The notes below the pieces were generated by a model. That model was not told where the DNA came from. It saw only the letters and a program-made list of their open reading frames with translations, and did not search any database. A DNA stretch of 63,625 nucleotides, filler included, from Choristocarpus tenellus KU-1152 (taxonomy: Eukaryota; Protista; Phaeophyceae), in NCBI GenBank assembly GCA_964200185.2. It is 11 parts of 11 records of this genome, joined end to end, with 100 filler letters (N's around TTAATTAATTAA, not from the genome) between each part and the next. Parts side by side here need not be neighbours in the genome. Positions count along the whole stretch, not along the records: positions 21,939 to 27,616 come from CAXNAD020010035.1; positions 27,717 to 32,679 come from CAXNAD020012355.1; positions 32,780 to 36,603 come from CAXNAD020017721.1; positions 36,704 to 43,452 come from CAXNAD020007430.1; 7 more parts are not named here. One strand, written 5' to 3'. Position 1 is the first letter of the stretch. The number at the start of each line of letters is the position of its first letter. Of the stretch, positions 25,330-37,353 are shown piece after piece. Made by a program: the position numbers and the translations under genes.

Positions 25330-27200
25330 GTCGTTCTCTTCGGTTGTTGTCCTCCTCGAGATGGGGTTCTACTCGCCCGCCATGCAAGTGGCGAGGATGA
25401 AGTCGTCGGTCATTAGATTCTTGGCCCTGAATACCGTGTATTTCGCCTTTATCCTCTCGATTATTTCATCCTTCGTTGTGCCGTTGGGGGTTACGAGCCC
25501 AAGACGAGAGGACAGTGCCTTAGGCATGGCAAGTTTTGAAGACAGGGGTTGTGTGCAGTTTTAGCAGGGGACGTGTTATTGAAATTGAAAGTGTTGTATT
25601 CCAAAATAAATGTGTGGGGTCAGAGTAACCTCTCCGATATTGCAACAATAGAGAGATTAACAATTATATTGATTGACGCGTATGGTGTTATTGGGTTTCC
25701 CTTTACATAGCCACATCTCACACACACCTTGATCTCCTTGGAGGTCTCTCCTGCTAGGTCCCCCTCCACAATCGGAGTGTATGCGTGGACAAACTCGTTC
25801 CATGTTACCGTGGTACTGTGGGCGTTGATCATACAAGGGCACTTCCACATGGGGTGCTTAGTCCAGTCGCAAATATTGCATGTTCCATCCACACAAGAAG
25901 TTTTATAACCACCTTCTGAACCACCCATGGACTGGTTGCCGAGGGGCTCCAGGATGTGGAATCGTGGTGGGGGGATTCAGTTTTCGTCCTGAGTTGGACA
26001 CACTATATGGTATTGTGTTTGTCTAAGGGCATATGGGCAAGTTGCCAACGTTAAACATGGACGACAACTAGTAGATTGAGAGAAGTCGTTTCGTTTGCAG
26101 GTTGGAGCATGGGAGAGGATGGCATGTGCATATGGTATTGGTGTTGTCGAAGGGTTTAGCATTGGTTGGACGTTGTTGAAGTTTCGGACCAGCATAAGAT
26201 TACTTCCAGGAGGAAGTCCATCATATTGATAGCGCTCTCAAGTGCAGTCTTCACATCTTGAGAGTCGCACCCTTTGTCCTTGTAACAGAACTCGCAGGTA
26301 CAGGCGCAAGTGCGTTGGCCATCGTCACCAACCACCGTCTGAGAGTGTACTTTTGTTCCAGTTTTCCCTCAGGCATTGGACCAATAGGTCGCTTGGTCAT
26401 GTGGTGAATGCAAACGCACGTCCTGTATTATACGCAAGAGATAAGGTAGGTAGGGTCCCGATTGTTTTTTCATGACTCTGCAAGGGGGAAAGATCGATAT
26501 TGTATATCGCAGTTGAGTTGGTGGTAATACATGGAAAGTGTTGAGCGTTGGTGCGGTCCTATATGGTTGTACCTCTGCTCGAACAATCAATGTGAAAAAC
26601 GGTTGTGTTTCTCTACACACTTTTGAGTTGCCTTGGTGATGTAGAAGGGTCACCGCTTCACGAACGTGGACAGGCACGGTATCGGCCCATCTGTTGATTC
26701 CATCTCAAACCTCTCTTTGAAGTTTGCGTAAACATCGTCGTCGGTTCCAATCTGTACCCTGTCTTGAACGCATGCACAGTGGGGATGTAAAATATTTATG
26801 TCGTCGTGTATATGTTTGTTGTTGTATTTCGAGGAGAGAGTGTACACAATTTGTCGGGGTGAAGGAGCAGATTGCGCGCAGGAAGAATATAAGCCCTTTC
26901 GCTTTATGGTGGCTGGAATACAGTACCTCTGAGCGTGTTGCTGACACAGTGCATCTGGGTGGCACACCCTTTTATTGATGTTAGGGTCCAAGGAGTGCAT
27001 TCCCTCAGCGGAATCGTGAGAAGTGATTGGGTGGTGGGGCTGGGCCGTGCTGTTGCTTTCCCAAACGGTTAGGCCAAGGACGTGTGTTTCAGGGTGCTGC
27101 ACATCGAACCGTCACGAGGAACTGTCTCTTGTCGCGTCGAATATCCTTGCCCTGTCCTTGTTCAACCTAACAATCACGAGTGAGAAGGAGGGAATTTTGG
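25330..27200 (-). pseudogene. Decayed DNA transposase, Sola2-like N-terminal half
   Basis: VYANFKERF...LSTFVKR*PFYITK (cf. the STFxxxRPF motif recalled from Sola2-type transposases), RTCACTC, SCVDGTCNICDW...CP...TVTWNEF and GTTKDEIIERIKAKY occur in the expected order. The catalytic DDD region was not seen. Confidence 0.45.
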
Positions 27201-27297
27201 ATGAAGGGGTGGATGATGCTTTTTTTTTTATGTGTTGAAAATTTCTTAGGAGTGTGTAGGATACGGCGTTCCGTGTTCGAACCCTGGTGGAAGAACG

Positions 27298-27585
27298 TTT
27301 TTTAGGGGGTTGCTGGATTTCTGGGTTCTAACCTTAGCTTTAAAAAAACTTATCCCATTGGGGGGGACACCCCTTCTTGCCTGGTGCAAGATATTGTTTT
27401 TAAGGGGTTTGCTGGATTTCTGGGTTCTAACCTTAGCTTAAAAAAAACTTATCCCATTGGGGTGGACACCCCTTTGCCTGGTGCAAGATACTGTTTTTAA
27501 GGGGTTTGCTGGATTTCTGGGATTGAGCCTTAGCTTAAACAAACATACCCCATTGGGGTGGACACCCTTACTTGCCTGGTGGGGG
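27298..27585. repeat. Tandem repeat, ~97-bp unit x3
   Basis: ttttaaggggtttgctggatttctgggttctaaccttagcttaaaaaaaacttatcccattggggtggacacccc..tgcctggtg occurs three times. Confidence 0.9.
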
Positions 27586-27716
27586 ATGGTGCAGAGGCCT
27601 GTAGGTCTTCTGTGTCNNNNNNNNNNNNNNNNNNNNNNNNNNNNNNNNNNNNNNNNNNNNTTAATTAATTAANNNNNNNNNNNNNNNNNNNNNNNNNNNN
27701 NNNNNNNNNNNNNNNN

Positions 27717-27740
27717 CCCCCCTCCCAGATACTTTGGGTC
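27717..27740 (+). mobile_element. MITE family B right TIR at contig edge
   Basis: CCCCCCTCCCAGATACTTTGGGTC. Confidence 0.7.
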
Positions 27741-27803
27741 AACAGTGCTTCTCCTACAATGCAGTCGATGCGGCACACTAAGTTTGTTGTTTTTTCTCTG
27801 CAC

Positions 27804-27810
27804 TATTATC

Positions 27811-27850
<40 letters not shown>

Positions 27851-27869
27851 CTTATTTTATTATTATTAT
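27804..27869. repeat. (TTA)n microsatellite
   Basis: Visible directly. Confidence 0.95.
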
Positions 27870-27922
27870 GTTTGTTTTCTTACGTCTCTTACGTTGTCCC
27901 CTCCTCCTGTCATGCCGACCAG

Positions 27923-28057
27923 GCCCTAATGGTTGTACGCAGTGCTCTTGCCAATGGAGTGGACTGGCAAGACCTAGAGGATCTTGTAGAAGTGGAGAAG
28001 GCAAATGGCAATCCCATTGCTTCCCTCATACATGGCCTGCGATTGAATAGGAACCGG
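27923..28057 (+). CDS. NEMF: Internal exon of ribosome quality-control factor NEMF/Rqc2
   Basis: 135-nt phase-0 exon bounded by cag and gtgaga, encoding ALMVVRSALANGVDWQDLEDLVEVEKANGNPIASLIHGLRLNRNR. This matches the conserved NEMF segment AIxAVRSALANxMxWxDLxxxVxxExxxGNPVASxI. Confidence 0.88.
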
Positions 28058-28347
28058 GTGAGACCTTTAGTTGTTATATTTTCAAATTTATTGTAGTGGA
28101 AAGAATGCCAAACTGTAAAAGCCCTATATTATATATTCAAGTGTTTTGGCATGATCTCATTCAATAGTCCCGCCTTCCTCCTCCAAAGAGATCCAATAAT
28201 GAACAAAAAAAAATTGTACTGAGCACCAAAAAAAATTATGGTTGTAACTGCTGCTGTATTGAAACTGTAATTGATAAATAGTTACAGTTATTATAGTTGA
28301 TACTTTGGTGAGTCACACTCACAGGTAAAGAACCCCCCCCCCCCCCC

Positions 28348-28384
<37 letters not shown>

Positions 28385-29666
28385 TCTTCCGNNNNNNNNN
28401 TGTAGTTAAAAAATAATTACAGGTTTTCTTGGTGCGGCTTTGGCGGGTCCCCCCCACGGGAAAAGAACCCCCCCCCCCCCCCCCCTCCCTACGTTGTGTA
28501 TGTTCTTTTAAAAAGAATGTCAACCCCTAATTAACCAGTTGGGAGGTGCGGTTTTAGTATCAGTATTTCAGTATCAATACTTTTGGGAAGAAAAAAGAAA
28601 ATTATGGAAGAGACTTGGAAAGGCTCACAACTTTTTCCCTTAATAGGTAGAACTGATGTGACTGTTGGAAGGGGGGGAGTGATGGGATTTTTATAAAGCA
28701 GTTTATGAAGGACCTTTCTTGGGAGGGGGGGGGCTGGTGAATAAATGTGGGAAATTCTTGAGTCCTGTTCCACAGAGAACATTGAAGGTGGGAGGTGGCA
28801 AGGTATGACCTCTAGGGTATTTCCCTGCTTCATGGCAGGGAAACATATTGCTGAGCAGTCTTGGGGAAGGACAGTTTCAGAACTTTGACAATTAGTAAGG
28901 AGTAGTATTAATCTTGATAATGGTTTCTGAAGTGGTAGTTGAAGTGGTAGTTGAAGTGGTAGTGATATTTCGTGTTGGGTAGACTCTGTAGGTGCTTAGC
29001 TTTTCATTGTGGAAATTTTAATGCTAAGTACCTTTTATGTTAAGATACCCCTGGAAGAAACTGATACAGTGGTGGTTGGTGCTTGACTACAACTTCATCT
29101 CTATACACTACAGTTTTACGTCTGTACATACAACAACAATAAAATATGCTCCCCAGTTGTACTTCTGATTGTATAATATATTGTATATTATATTGTATAT
29201 TATACCCTGCAGCACTAAGATTCATGCTTTGTAGCACCACTCTGCACAAGTTTGTAGATTAGATTTGCCACACTTAGATTGACCCTACCCCTATCAAGTG
29301 TTTGCAATAGGGTGTTGCTTGAATAGAAGAACTTCTTCCAAAATGTGAACGGGTGCGCGCATCATCAGAGGTGATTATCAGATCCCTCGTGGAAAATCAG
29401 ATTGGGTAGGAAGTAGGTTCTTTTGATGGGCGTAATCTGTCAGGCACACAGGTTCATTGCTCTTTGAAAAGAAAAAAAATTGACTGTGAGTCTATGGTCC
29501 CTGCATGTTCCCCATTGAAATGAAAAAATAAACTTTTAGATTCATTCTGCACTTGCACTGGACTATTTGTGAACTATGTGTGGGAACGTTGCGTCTTACC
29601 TGCTATTGAGAGAAGGAAGTAACTGAGAGGGGGGTGCTTGTGTTTTTTTGTTTTTTTTTGAAGGGC

Positions 29667-30236
29667 GAGAGAGAGTATCTTAGAGGGGTATGAGTTTTGC
29701 CCTGTTTTTCCAATTTGAGTGAAAGTATCTTATTAAGAGAGGGTACACGTTTTACCCGGTTTGTCCATTTGGTGCTTGTCTTCCCATATTTTTTTTAATG
29801 ACATTTTCCTACTCTGAGACATTTCGAAGTAGGTAATATTTATATTTTATGGAAAGGTTTGTCCGGAACAAGGATATTGGCACTTCCTAACAAACACGAT
29901 AGCCAAAATTACATCAAAATCGCAACATTGGATTTTGGTCCCCAAATGGACGTGGCCCTACCCTCTAAGATACTTTGACTCATTGGGGCTTGGCTTCCCA
30001 CAGTTTTTTTTTTCTTAATGACATTTTCCTACTCCGAAACGTTTCGGAGTAGGAAAATGTATATGTTTTGGATTAGGTACAATGTATAAAACTATGAAAA
30101 GGTGTGTCCAGAACAAGGATACAAGGATATTGGTGGCACTTCCTAACAAACATGATAGCCAAAATAACATCAAAATCGCAATATTGGATTTTGGCCCACA
30201 ATTGACTCAGCTCTACCCTCTAAGGTACTTTGACTT
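29667..30236 (-). mobile_element. MITE family A outer copy containing a nested second family A copy (29717-29981)
   Basis: The outer copy is split at ...ccaattt | attggggcttggcttccc. The inner copy has both TIRs (GAGTGAAAGTATCTT ... AAGATACTTTGACTC). Confidence 0.8.
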
Positions 30237-31319
30237 GGGCCCCTCTGACATTCTGGTGGCACATGCTTTTGGATTAGACAATAAACTGCTGTGGAGTGTG
30301 TGTTTGGGTATTTTTTTGTAATATTGAGTTTACAGAAGCATGCTATGTGGTTAATTTCTCCTTGTTTTGGACTGCTGCTGTTGAATGTGAACAGTATATG
30401 GTTAAAATGACACATTTCAAGACAAAATCGCTTTTTCTGAATGTAGTATGTTATGTACTATGTTATGTACTATGCCAGCGGCTCTTCGAACTTTTATTAT
30501 TTTAATAAAGTATTCAATTCCTACTCGAGTGGAAGTTGATTGTTCTTTTTCTATTTTCAACAGGATCAATATTTATATTTATTTATATTTATTAATTGTG
30601 ACTCCATGTTCCGCAGATCTGTATTCCTCTGGTACTGAAGGCACTGATGCTATATTATTTGAGAGCTTCTCACTCCCAATCCTTAAGACTATGTAGTATA
30701 GACAAGGCACAGATACAATGCAAGTGAGATACAGATTAGATACATGTCGGACGAGAGAATATATCACACCTTGGTCAACATAACACTCAACACTATGTTA
30801 CGCCCAAAATACTGACGGTGAAAACATACACAATATTGTTGTGTTGTTGTTGCAACCCTCTTTACCAAAACATATGCAGTACTATATTGAACATGAACAG
30901 ACCTTTGTAGTGCTCACAACACTCTGGCCCAAAACATACGAAACATGTGTTGTCATTTTATACCGTAACACATGTTAGACCACAACACAACATGCAATGT
31001 TATAACATTGTGTTATGAGACAACGTAGTGTTATGGCTTAGCACTCTCCAAAGTGTTGTGTACCGAGACATAACGTTGGACGTTCTCAGAATGAAAGAGG
31101 AAATTGCACAGTGTCTTTTGACCGACTTGACAGTAAGAGATTGTGTCTCTGAGTGCTTTTTATTTTGTTCTCTGTTTCTGGTTCAATCGTTGTATGGTGA
31201 TGACTTTAATGTGCAATGGCAATCCAGATGTTCTATCATATAGACACCCCTTAACTTGCAAGTTCACTGGTTGTTGCGATATTTCATCACACAAAATATT
31301 GTTTCGTAAAACGAAATTT

Positions 31320-31356
<37 letters not shown>

Positions 31357-32262
31357 TAATTTTAAAAAAGCTACATTATATCGTAACACAATTTTTTTTA
31401 GTGTTATCACGTTTTTTTTAGATGACATGTTGCAGCATATTATAATGGTATGGTGTTGCATTTTGTGTTGAGAAAGAGTAGTGCCCGCAGCACTCCAGTT
31501 CAAAACACATACTGTATGTTACTGTATGTAGCAGCTTGCGAAAATTTAACCCAAAAATGTAATGTTGGCCAAGGTGTGGAAGATATGGACTAGTTGCAGA
31601 TACTCCGGAGTACGTTCTCTTCGGTGAAAGGTCAATACAGACAAAGCACATGTTACATACAGCCAGATAGGTGCTACCACAATTTAAATAGGGTTTCTGT
31701 AAACAGTACGTAATTTGAATATAAGTACTTGTTTCATTAGGCGCAAATGCATACCGTCATACTGCTATGCTGATTGTAAATTTTGTTTGTCTGGAGTTAT
31801 TGATTCAACGGTGGATTGCCTGAAAGACGTCCCTAGTTGAAAATGGTGAAATTCTAAACACAGATGAGATGCACACAAGAAGCACAGACAGTGCGTATTG
31901 AGATAGTGATGAGAACCACAACGCACACATGTGGTATGGATGAGATACATAAAATATTTAGACACAATCCATGTAAAGATATAGTAAGGTACGCACTATA
32001 TGTCGAAACCAGACATATTATGTGGAGATATAGAAATACAGACTAGATATGTATCAGATAAAGATGAGGTATGAATATTATACATGGTGAGATACAGATC
32101 CCCTTTCTGCACTAACATCTTTTTCAATGTTTCAAAATGTCGTAACAGGTGGTGCTTGGACTGGTCGACCATGAAGGCCAGCTGCAGGAAGTAGAGGTGA
32201 GTCAATATATTCATGTGCTACTTGCATGAGGGTTTTTGGTCAGTTTTTGCCCTTTGCCGTGT

Positions 32263-32506
32263 ACAAAGATATGATAGTTACAAATATATGATAGCTACAA
32301 AGATATGATAGTTACAAAGATACGACAGTTACAAATATATGACAGTTACAAAGATATGATAGTTACAAAGATACGATAGTTACAAAGATATGACAGTTAC
32401 CAAGATACGACAATTACAAAGATACGATAGTTACAAAGATACGATAGTTACAAAGATACGACAGTTACAAAGATATGACAGTTACAAAGATATGATAGTG
32501 ACAAAA
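32263..32506. repeat. Minisatellite, 17-bp unit ACAAAGATAYGAYAGTT, ~14 copies
   Basis: Head-to-tail repeats with no spacers, visible directly. Confidence 0.95.
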
Positions 32507-32779
32507 AATAGTAAATAAAAATTGAACCAAAGTTTTTTTCATGGAAGTAAAATGATCGTTCTGTCTCCAACTGTGGCTCCCTCGTGAAGGTCTTTTTTTT
32601 TTTCGATGTTTTGTTGCCAGTAAAGTAGTGCGTTCTAGTACTGTAGTTGTATGCTAATAGGTGTATAATGGGTGTGGCANNNNNNNNNNNNNNNNNNNNN
32701 NNNNNNNNNNNNNNNNNNNNNNNTTAATTAATTAANNNNNNNNNNNNNNNNNNNNNNNNNNNNNNNNNNNNNNNNNNNN

Positions 32780-33002
32780 GTCAAAGTATCTGGGGGGGGG
32801 GGTGCCGGCATCCGTTTTTGACCCTGGCTCAAAGTATCTAGGGGGGGGGTGGCGGCTGTCCATTTGGGGCCAATTTCTTCATGTCACGATTTTTGGGTGA
32901 CTTGGTTCCGTACGTTGGATGGATAAAGATAGTGCACTTTTCCTGGTTTGGGATTAAATGGACACTCTGGTGTAGTCCCCCCCCCCTCAGATACTTTGGG
33001 TC
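32780..33002 (+). mobile_element. MITE family B: short fragment (32780-32824) plus a full copy (32826-33002)
   Basis: GGCTCAAAGTATCTAGGGGG ... CCCCCTCAGATACTTTGGGTC. Confidence 0.85.
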
Positions 33003-33699
33003 TATCCTGATGAGATATTCGTTGTGTGCCTCGCTTATATTGATTGTATACTTCATTTTGTAGTAATGGAGTCGTGTAATACAATGGTGCAATAGTATGC
33101 TAACAGTCACACATGTTTCCCATTTCGCTCCCAGAGCTCACCTTCTGGTTGACCTAGGATAATGTTTACATGGCTTCAAGGCCGATCATAAGGGGGGGTG
33201 ATCGGAAAGCATGTTTCCTGTTGTTATACCGTTATTATCGTATCGCATATACCGTTATACCGTTGTACCGATTGAGGTTCCCAATCAAGCGTCCATGATT
33301 TTACGGACAGACTTTCTGTCAGAATGAAACCATGGAATCTCTTCATGTGACCAATCCCATAGACTGGGGAAAGCTCGTCATTCAGAGTTGTCACAAATGG
33401 AAGATCCACTTTGTTATCACATCTTGACTGATGATGAAGCCCCATCTTCGATGATGCTCATCACTCCTCAATTTGCACTTGTCCAACCTTAACCTCACAC
33501 CCTCGGTTACGGTTCGTCCTTGTTCGTCTGGTCCGACTTGCCCAATGATTCTCTTCGTCACCCTTGCCTGAGTGAACCACGACGCCACAGAATCACACGA
33601 TTCACACTTTGCATCTTCTGTCAATTTAAAGTTGCTCCTACAGGAATTCTTACGTATGTATACTGCTACGCGCATGTTGGCACGCAGAAAGAAATGCTC

Positions 33700-33990
33700 G
33701 CGCTATTCGCCTGTAACACTCATAGTGGGTGCGCTATTCGCCTCAACTGCAGCAGCAGCTACACCATTGCTGGTGGATGAGTGTGGCAGGTGAGATGCTG
33801 CCTGGGCTTCTGCAAACCTGACGTCCAGGAGGAGGCCTTTATCTCGGTAGGGAGCTGATCCGGTGTCCGTGAGTGCACCAGCATGGAAGACCAGATCCAT
33901 GCGGAAATTACTGTCTACAGTAAATGGACTGCCGCCCTCGATAGTGCAAGGGACGCCCACAATCCTTTGCAAAGTTGCCCCAGACGCTTC
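33700..33990 (-). mobile_element. Fragment of a REL-endonuclease (CRE-like) non-LTR retrotransposon C-terminus
   Basis: PFTVDSNFRMDLVFHAGALTDTGSAPYRDKGLLLDVRFAEAQAASHL...NGVAAAAVEA resembles the RMDIV...LLDVTxADPQA...GxAAxxxE restriction-like endonuclease of brown-algal CRE-type elements, as recalled. Confidence 0.7.
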
Positions 33991-35379
33991 ACCATCGGCG
34001 TTGTTATCATGTTACTACCGTACATCATATATCGACATAACGATTGAGGTTATTTTATTTGAACTTTGGTTCAATTGTAGAGTATCTTTGAAGGATATTG
34101 TGTTACAGGGGAATAGTGTGAGCATTTCTTCTCGTGTTCTAGCAAGCGCGAGCATTACACATACATAAGGATTACAAGAGGAACTCTGATCTGCTAGAAG
34201 ATGCAGAGTAAGATATGTGATGCATAGATAACCTTGCAGAATGAATACCGATTTGCTAGAGGCACAATAAGATTTGTATCGCGTAGGTAACCCAGAGAAT
34301 GAATGCCGATTTCCTAGAAGTTGCAGAAAATATATTTTTGTCGCCTCTCGACAGAGAAGGTGCCGAGGGTAGATCCAGGGGGCAGAGTGGCCTCGGTTAC
34401 TCTCTTTGTCTCACCGTCGTGGTTTATGTTGCTGTGTAAGTCTCGAGTGTGAGTGCTGACAGAAAGTCTGCAAAAGGCGATAAAAAGATGTCCGCAAATC
34501 TTGCTTTTTTTTTCGGTATCCCCACAACGGCCAGACTTGGGCAGTGACATAGTGCAAACCAATTTTTTGCAAGGAGTTGAATCAACCACTCCATTTTTGT
34601 CCGTTTCGAAGTGGTGACCTTCAAAATTGCGGACATATTCCCCCACGTTTTTGCCATTGCTTGATCGGGACATAGCTCCCCCCCTGTGACAATCGTGGAT
34701 AAAAAACTTCAAAAGCTCCTGTCAGACCCATCCATTTCATATATACATTTGTTGCATAATTGCTGTGGTGTTTTGATGAAACAAAGCAAGATTGCCGAAG
34801 AGGGTGAAGCTACTGGTACCACCTTATGTGTGCAACAGCTTGCAGATGTCTTTCAACTCGTAGTCTGTAGAAATCGGGTGGACGATGATAATAAAAAAAG
34901 TGTTGTGGTAACCACACATGACACTCTCTTCCGTTTCTTTGATAAACAAATTTGATAAGTAAAGTGTCGGCTGACACCCGAATGTGGTTATCAACTGTGA
35001 GAAGTACCCCCTGCTCATCTACCAGACATGCACTGGACTCCCTTGACTGTTGGAGTGTCCAAGTAGCGCCGTTTAAAGGTTTTTGGGATTGGAGCTATAT
35101 ATCCTGTAGAGGTAAGTTTCTGGAGCGTGTTGTAACAATTGTACATGTTTTATATGACGCGAGGTTACAGGGGGAAATGAGCTGTCAAATCCCGTTTACA
35201 ACAGATAGTTTCTGTCACTACACAACTGGCTCTATCAATACGTGTCATGCGTTTTATGTTGGAGACACCAGGCAGATGGGCAAGGAGGAGTCTGTCAAGT
35301 TCTTGGGATGCTTTCCTATCTCCTCGCCCTGTGGTGCAGGGATAAGCTAGGTTGGAGGCATAGCAGGAGAGTGGTGTAG

Positions 35380-35522
35380 TATGTATAGTTGGTAGTAAAT
35401 AACTGATTTTTGAGAGATATCTTTCACATTTACGACAACTGTTACTTTTACAGGGGTCCTTATGATATTTAATTGCCTTTTCCCCTGACATATCTAGAAG
35501 ATGTCAGAGGGCATAATAATAT
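35380..35522 (+). repeat. Family C dispersed repeat
   Basis: Ends in gatgtcagagggcataataat. Closest to 58200-58350. Confidence 0.65.
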
Positions 35523-35998
35523 GGTAGTTTTACATGACTTCCTATGATGTCTCTTCTTGACCACGTTTCCTAAGGCGGATCTCCAATCTCTGATGGGTTT
35601 CTTTTCTGAACACCATCCAAATCTTGACCCTCCTAACTTCCTCAGTCGCTGCCCTTATATCCAACCTTACCCTCGTCCTCTCCGTTACGGTCTGTCTTAG
35701 TCTGGTCTGGTTTACGCGGTGAATTTTCCATTACTTAGTTAACCAAGCCACCATATCGTGTTGGCAGTCACCTCTACGATAAGACCAGTCTTGATTTTTT
35801 TGAAACGGTTTCCCAACTAGTTGAACTATAATCAGCATATCAAATGGATGCTCCCGGTCTAACCTATCGATTTCCGGAAAGAAGTTTGTTCGGAAAATTA
35901 TTTTGGTAAGATTAAAGTTTAACCGAATGTTTTCGGCACAACCTTGAACATGTTCCGGAATGAACTACCACGACCAAACCTATTTTTCCGAAAGCATT

Positions 35999-36256
35999 GG
36001 GTCAAAGTATCTTAAAGGGTAGGGCCGCGTCCATTTGGGGGCCAAAATCCAATGTTGCGATTTCCATGTAATTTATCCGTCGTATTTGTTAGGAAGTGTC
36101 AGTATCCTTGTTCCGGACACACCATTTCATAACATATACATATTACCTACTCCGATACATTTTGGAGAAGGCAAAATATCATAAAAACCCCATGGGAAGC
36201 CAAGCCCCAAATGGACAAACAGGGAAAAACTCGTACCCTCTAACATACTTTCACTC
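35999..36256 (+). mobile_element. MITE family A, full-length
   Basis: GGGTCAAAGTATCTTAAAGGGTA ... TACCCTCTAACATACTTTCACTC. Confidence 0.85.
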
Positions 36257-36299
36257 ACTACTTTGCTTAAATCGATAGCCTAGACCCAGAGCTTTATTT

Positions 36300-36595
36300 G
36301 ATATGCTGACCGTTGATTAAATCGTTGGGCAACCTTTTCAAACAAATCAAGATTGGTCACCACCAAAAACGGTATGTGGGCTAACCTCGGCTTAATACTG
36401 TTTAAGCCACTCACAGGACACGATTCTGTTTGAGCGTCGTCGAGGACACTGCTTGATGCTTCCAAAGTACCACTATGAATTGAACCCAATAGATATGGTC
36501 TGGGGACGGCGAAGCACTATGTACAAGACCACTGTGACTACACGTTGCCTGGAATGAGACCCAACATTCCTGTCAGTCTTGAGGAGGAAGGGGGG
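36300..36595 (+). pseudogene. IS630/Tc1/mariner-superfamily transposase fragment (region of the third catalytic residue)
   Basis: MLPKYHYELNPIDMVWG, then a frameshift, then KHYVQDHCDYTLPGMRPNIP. This fits the LPKFHCELNPIExVW...CDYT motif. Confidence 0.75.
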
Positions 36596-36719
36596 CTGTC
36601 CAGNNNNNNNNNNNNNNNNNNNNNNNNNNNNNNNNNNNNNNNNNNNNTTAATTAATTAANNNNNNNNNNNNNNNNNNNNNNNNNNNNNNNNNNNNNNNNN
36701 NNNCCCCTAGAGTCCCTCG

Positions 36720-36995
36720 AGCACCGTGTTCATCTTACAGGTATCCATCTTGAACATGTGTGGTGGGTACTGAGTTCCTGCCTCATTGGTATCTTCAGTA
36801 GTCATCTCATTACCTTTATGGCGTGAGAGGCTATACAGTGCTCACCGAATTTACCCGTGGGCCACCACCCCGCTAGTCCTGGATAGCCCCCGAGTAGTCA
36901 TCTCTGTCTTTGTGTTTCCTGATGAGCCCACCCAGCTGAGGTTTGAACCTGCAACCTGTGGTGTCTCAGGTCTTTGCCATTCCTGTGGTCCAAGT
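36720..36995 (-). mobile_element. Possible tRNA-derived SINE
   Basis: The minus strand reads ...gacctgagacaccacaggttgcaGGTTCAAACCt (B-box-like). No complete cloverleaf. Confidence 0.3.
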
Positions 36996-37353
36996 CTATT
37001 CGCTTTTTAAAGGCGATTCTAATGTGTGTTGTGTGTGTGTGTGTCACCACAGTTACGTAGTATGAGGTGTACTCAAGTTGTGTGTTCGGTAAAGTGTGTA
37101 CAAAAAAAAAAAAGTGCTTGCCTTGGCAGTTGTTGACAATTCTGTTGCCTCCATGTCTCACTGTCTCACATAACCCGTACTTGCTCTGCCAGCACCTTCC
37201 TACGTGTTCTAACATCCTCAATGTTGAGTCCAACATTCTGTGTTAGGAATCCTGAGGACTGAGCCAATTTTCATACAGGTCGCACTTGGCTTGACTTTGC
37301 AATTTCAAGAAATATAGTGTATCCGCCCCGCATTTTCCCCTGAATTTTGTCAG

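Noticed and set aside
25330-27200. Ty3/Gypsy or the RT half of the neighbouring Copia
   Set aside because: Opposite strand, and no YxDD, RNase H or integrase motifs.
32095-32182. Candidate minus-strand exon LAFMVDQSKHHLLRHFETLKKMLVQKG
   Set aside because: Good acceptor but weak donor, and no partner exons or recognisable homology.
32263-32506. CRISPR-like short repeats
   Set aside because: Head-to-tail 17-bp minisatellite with no spacers.
36930-36995. tRNA gene
   Set aside because: Only a B-box-like motif with no complete cloverleaf; kept only as a weak SINE candidate.
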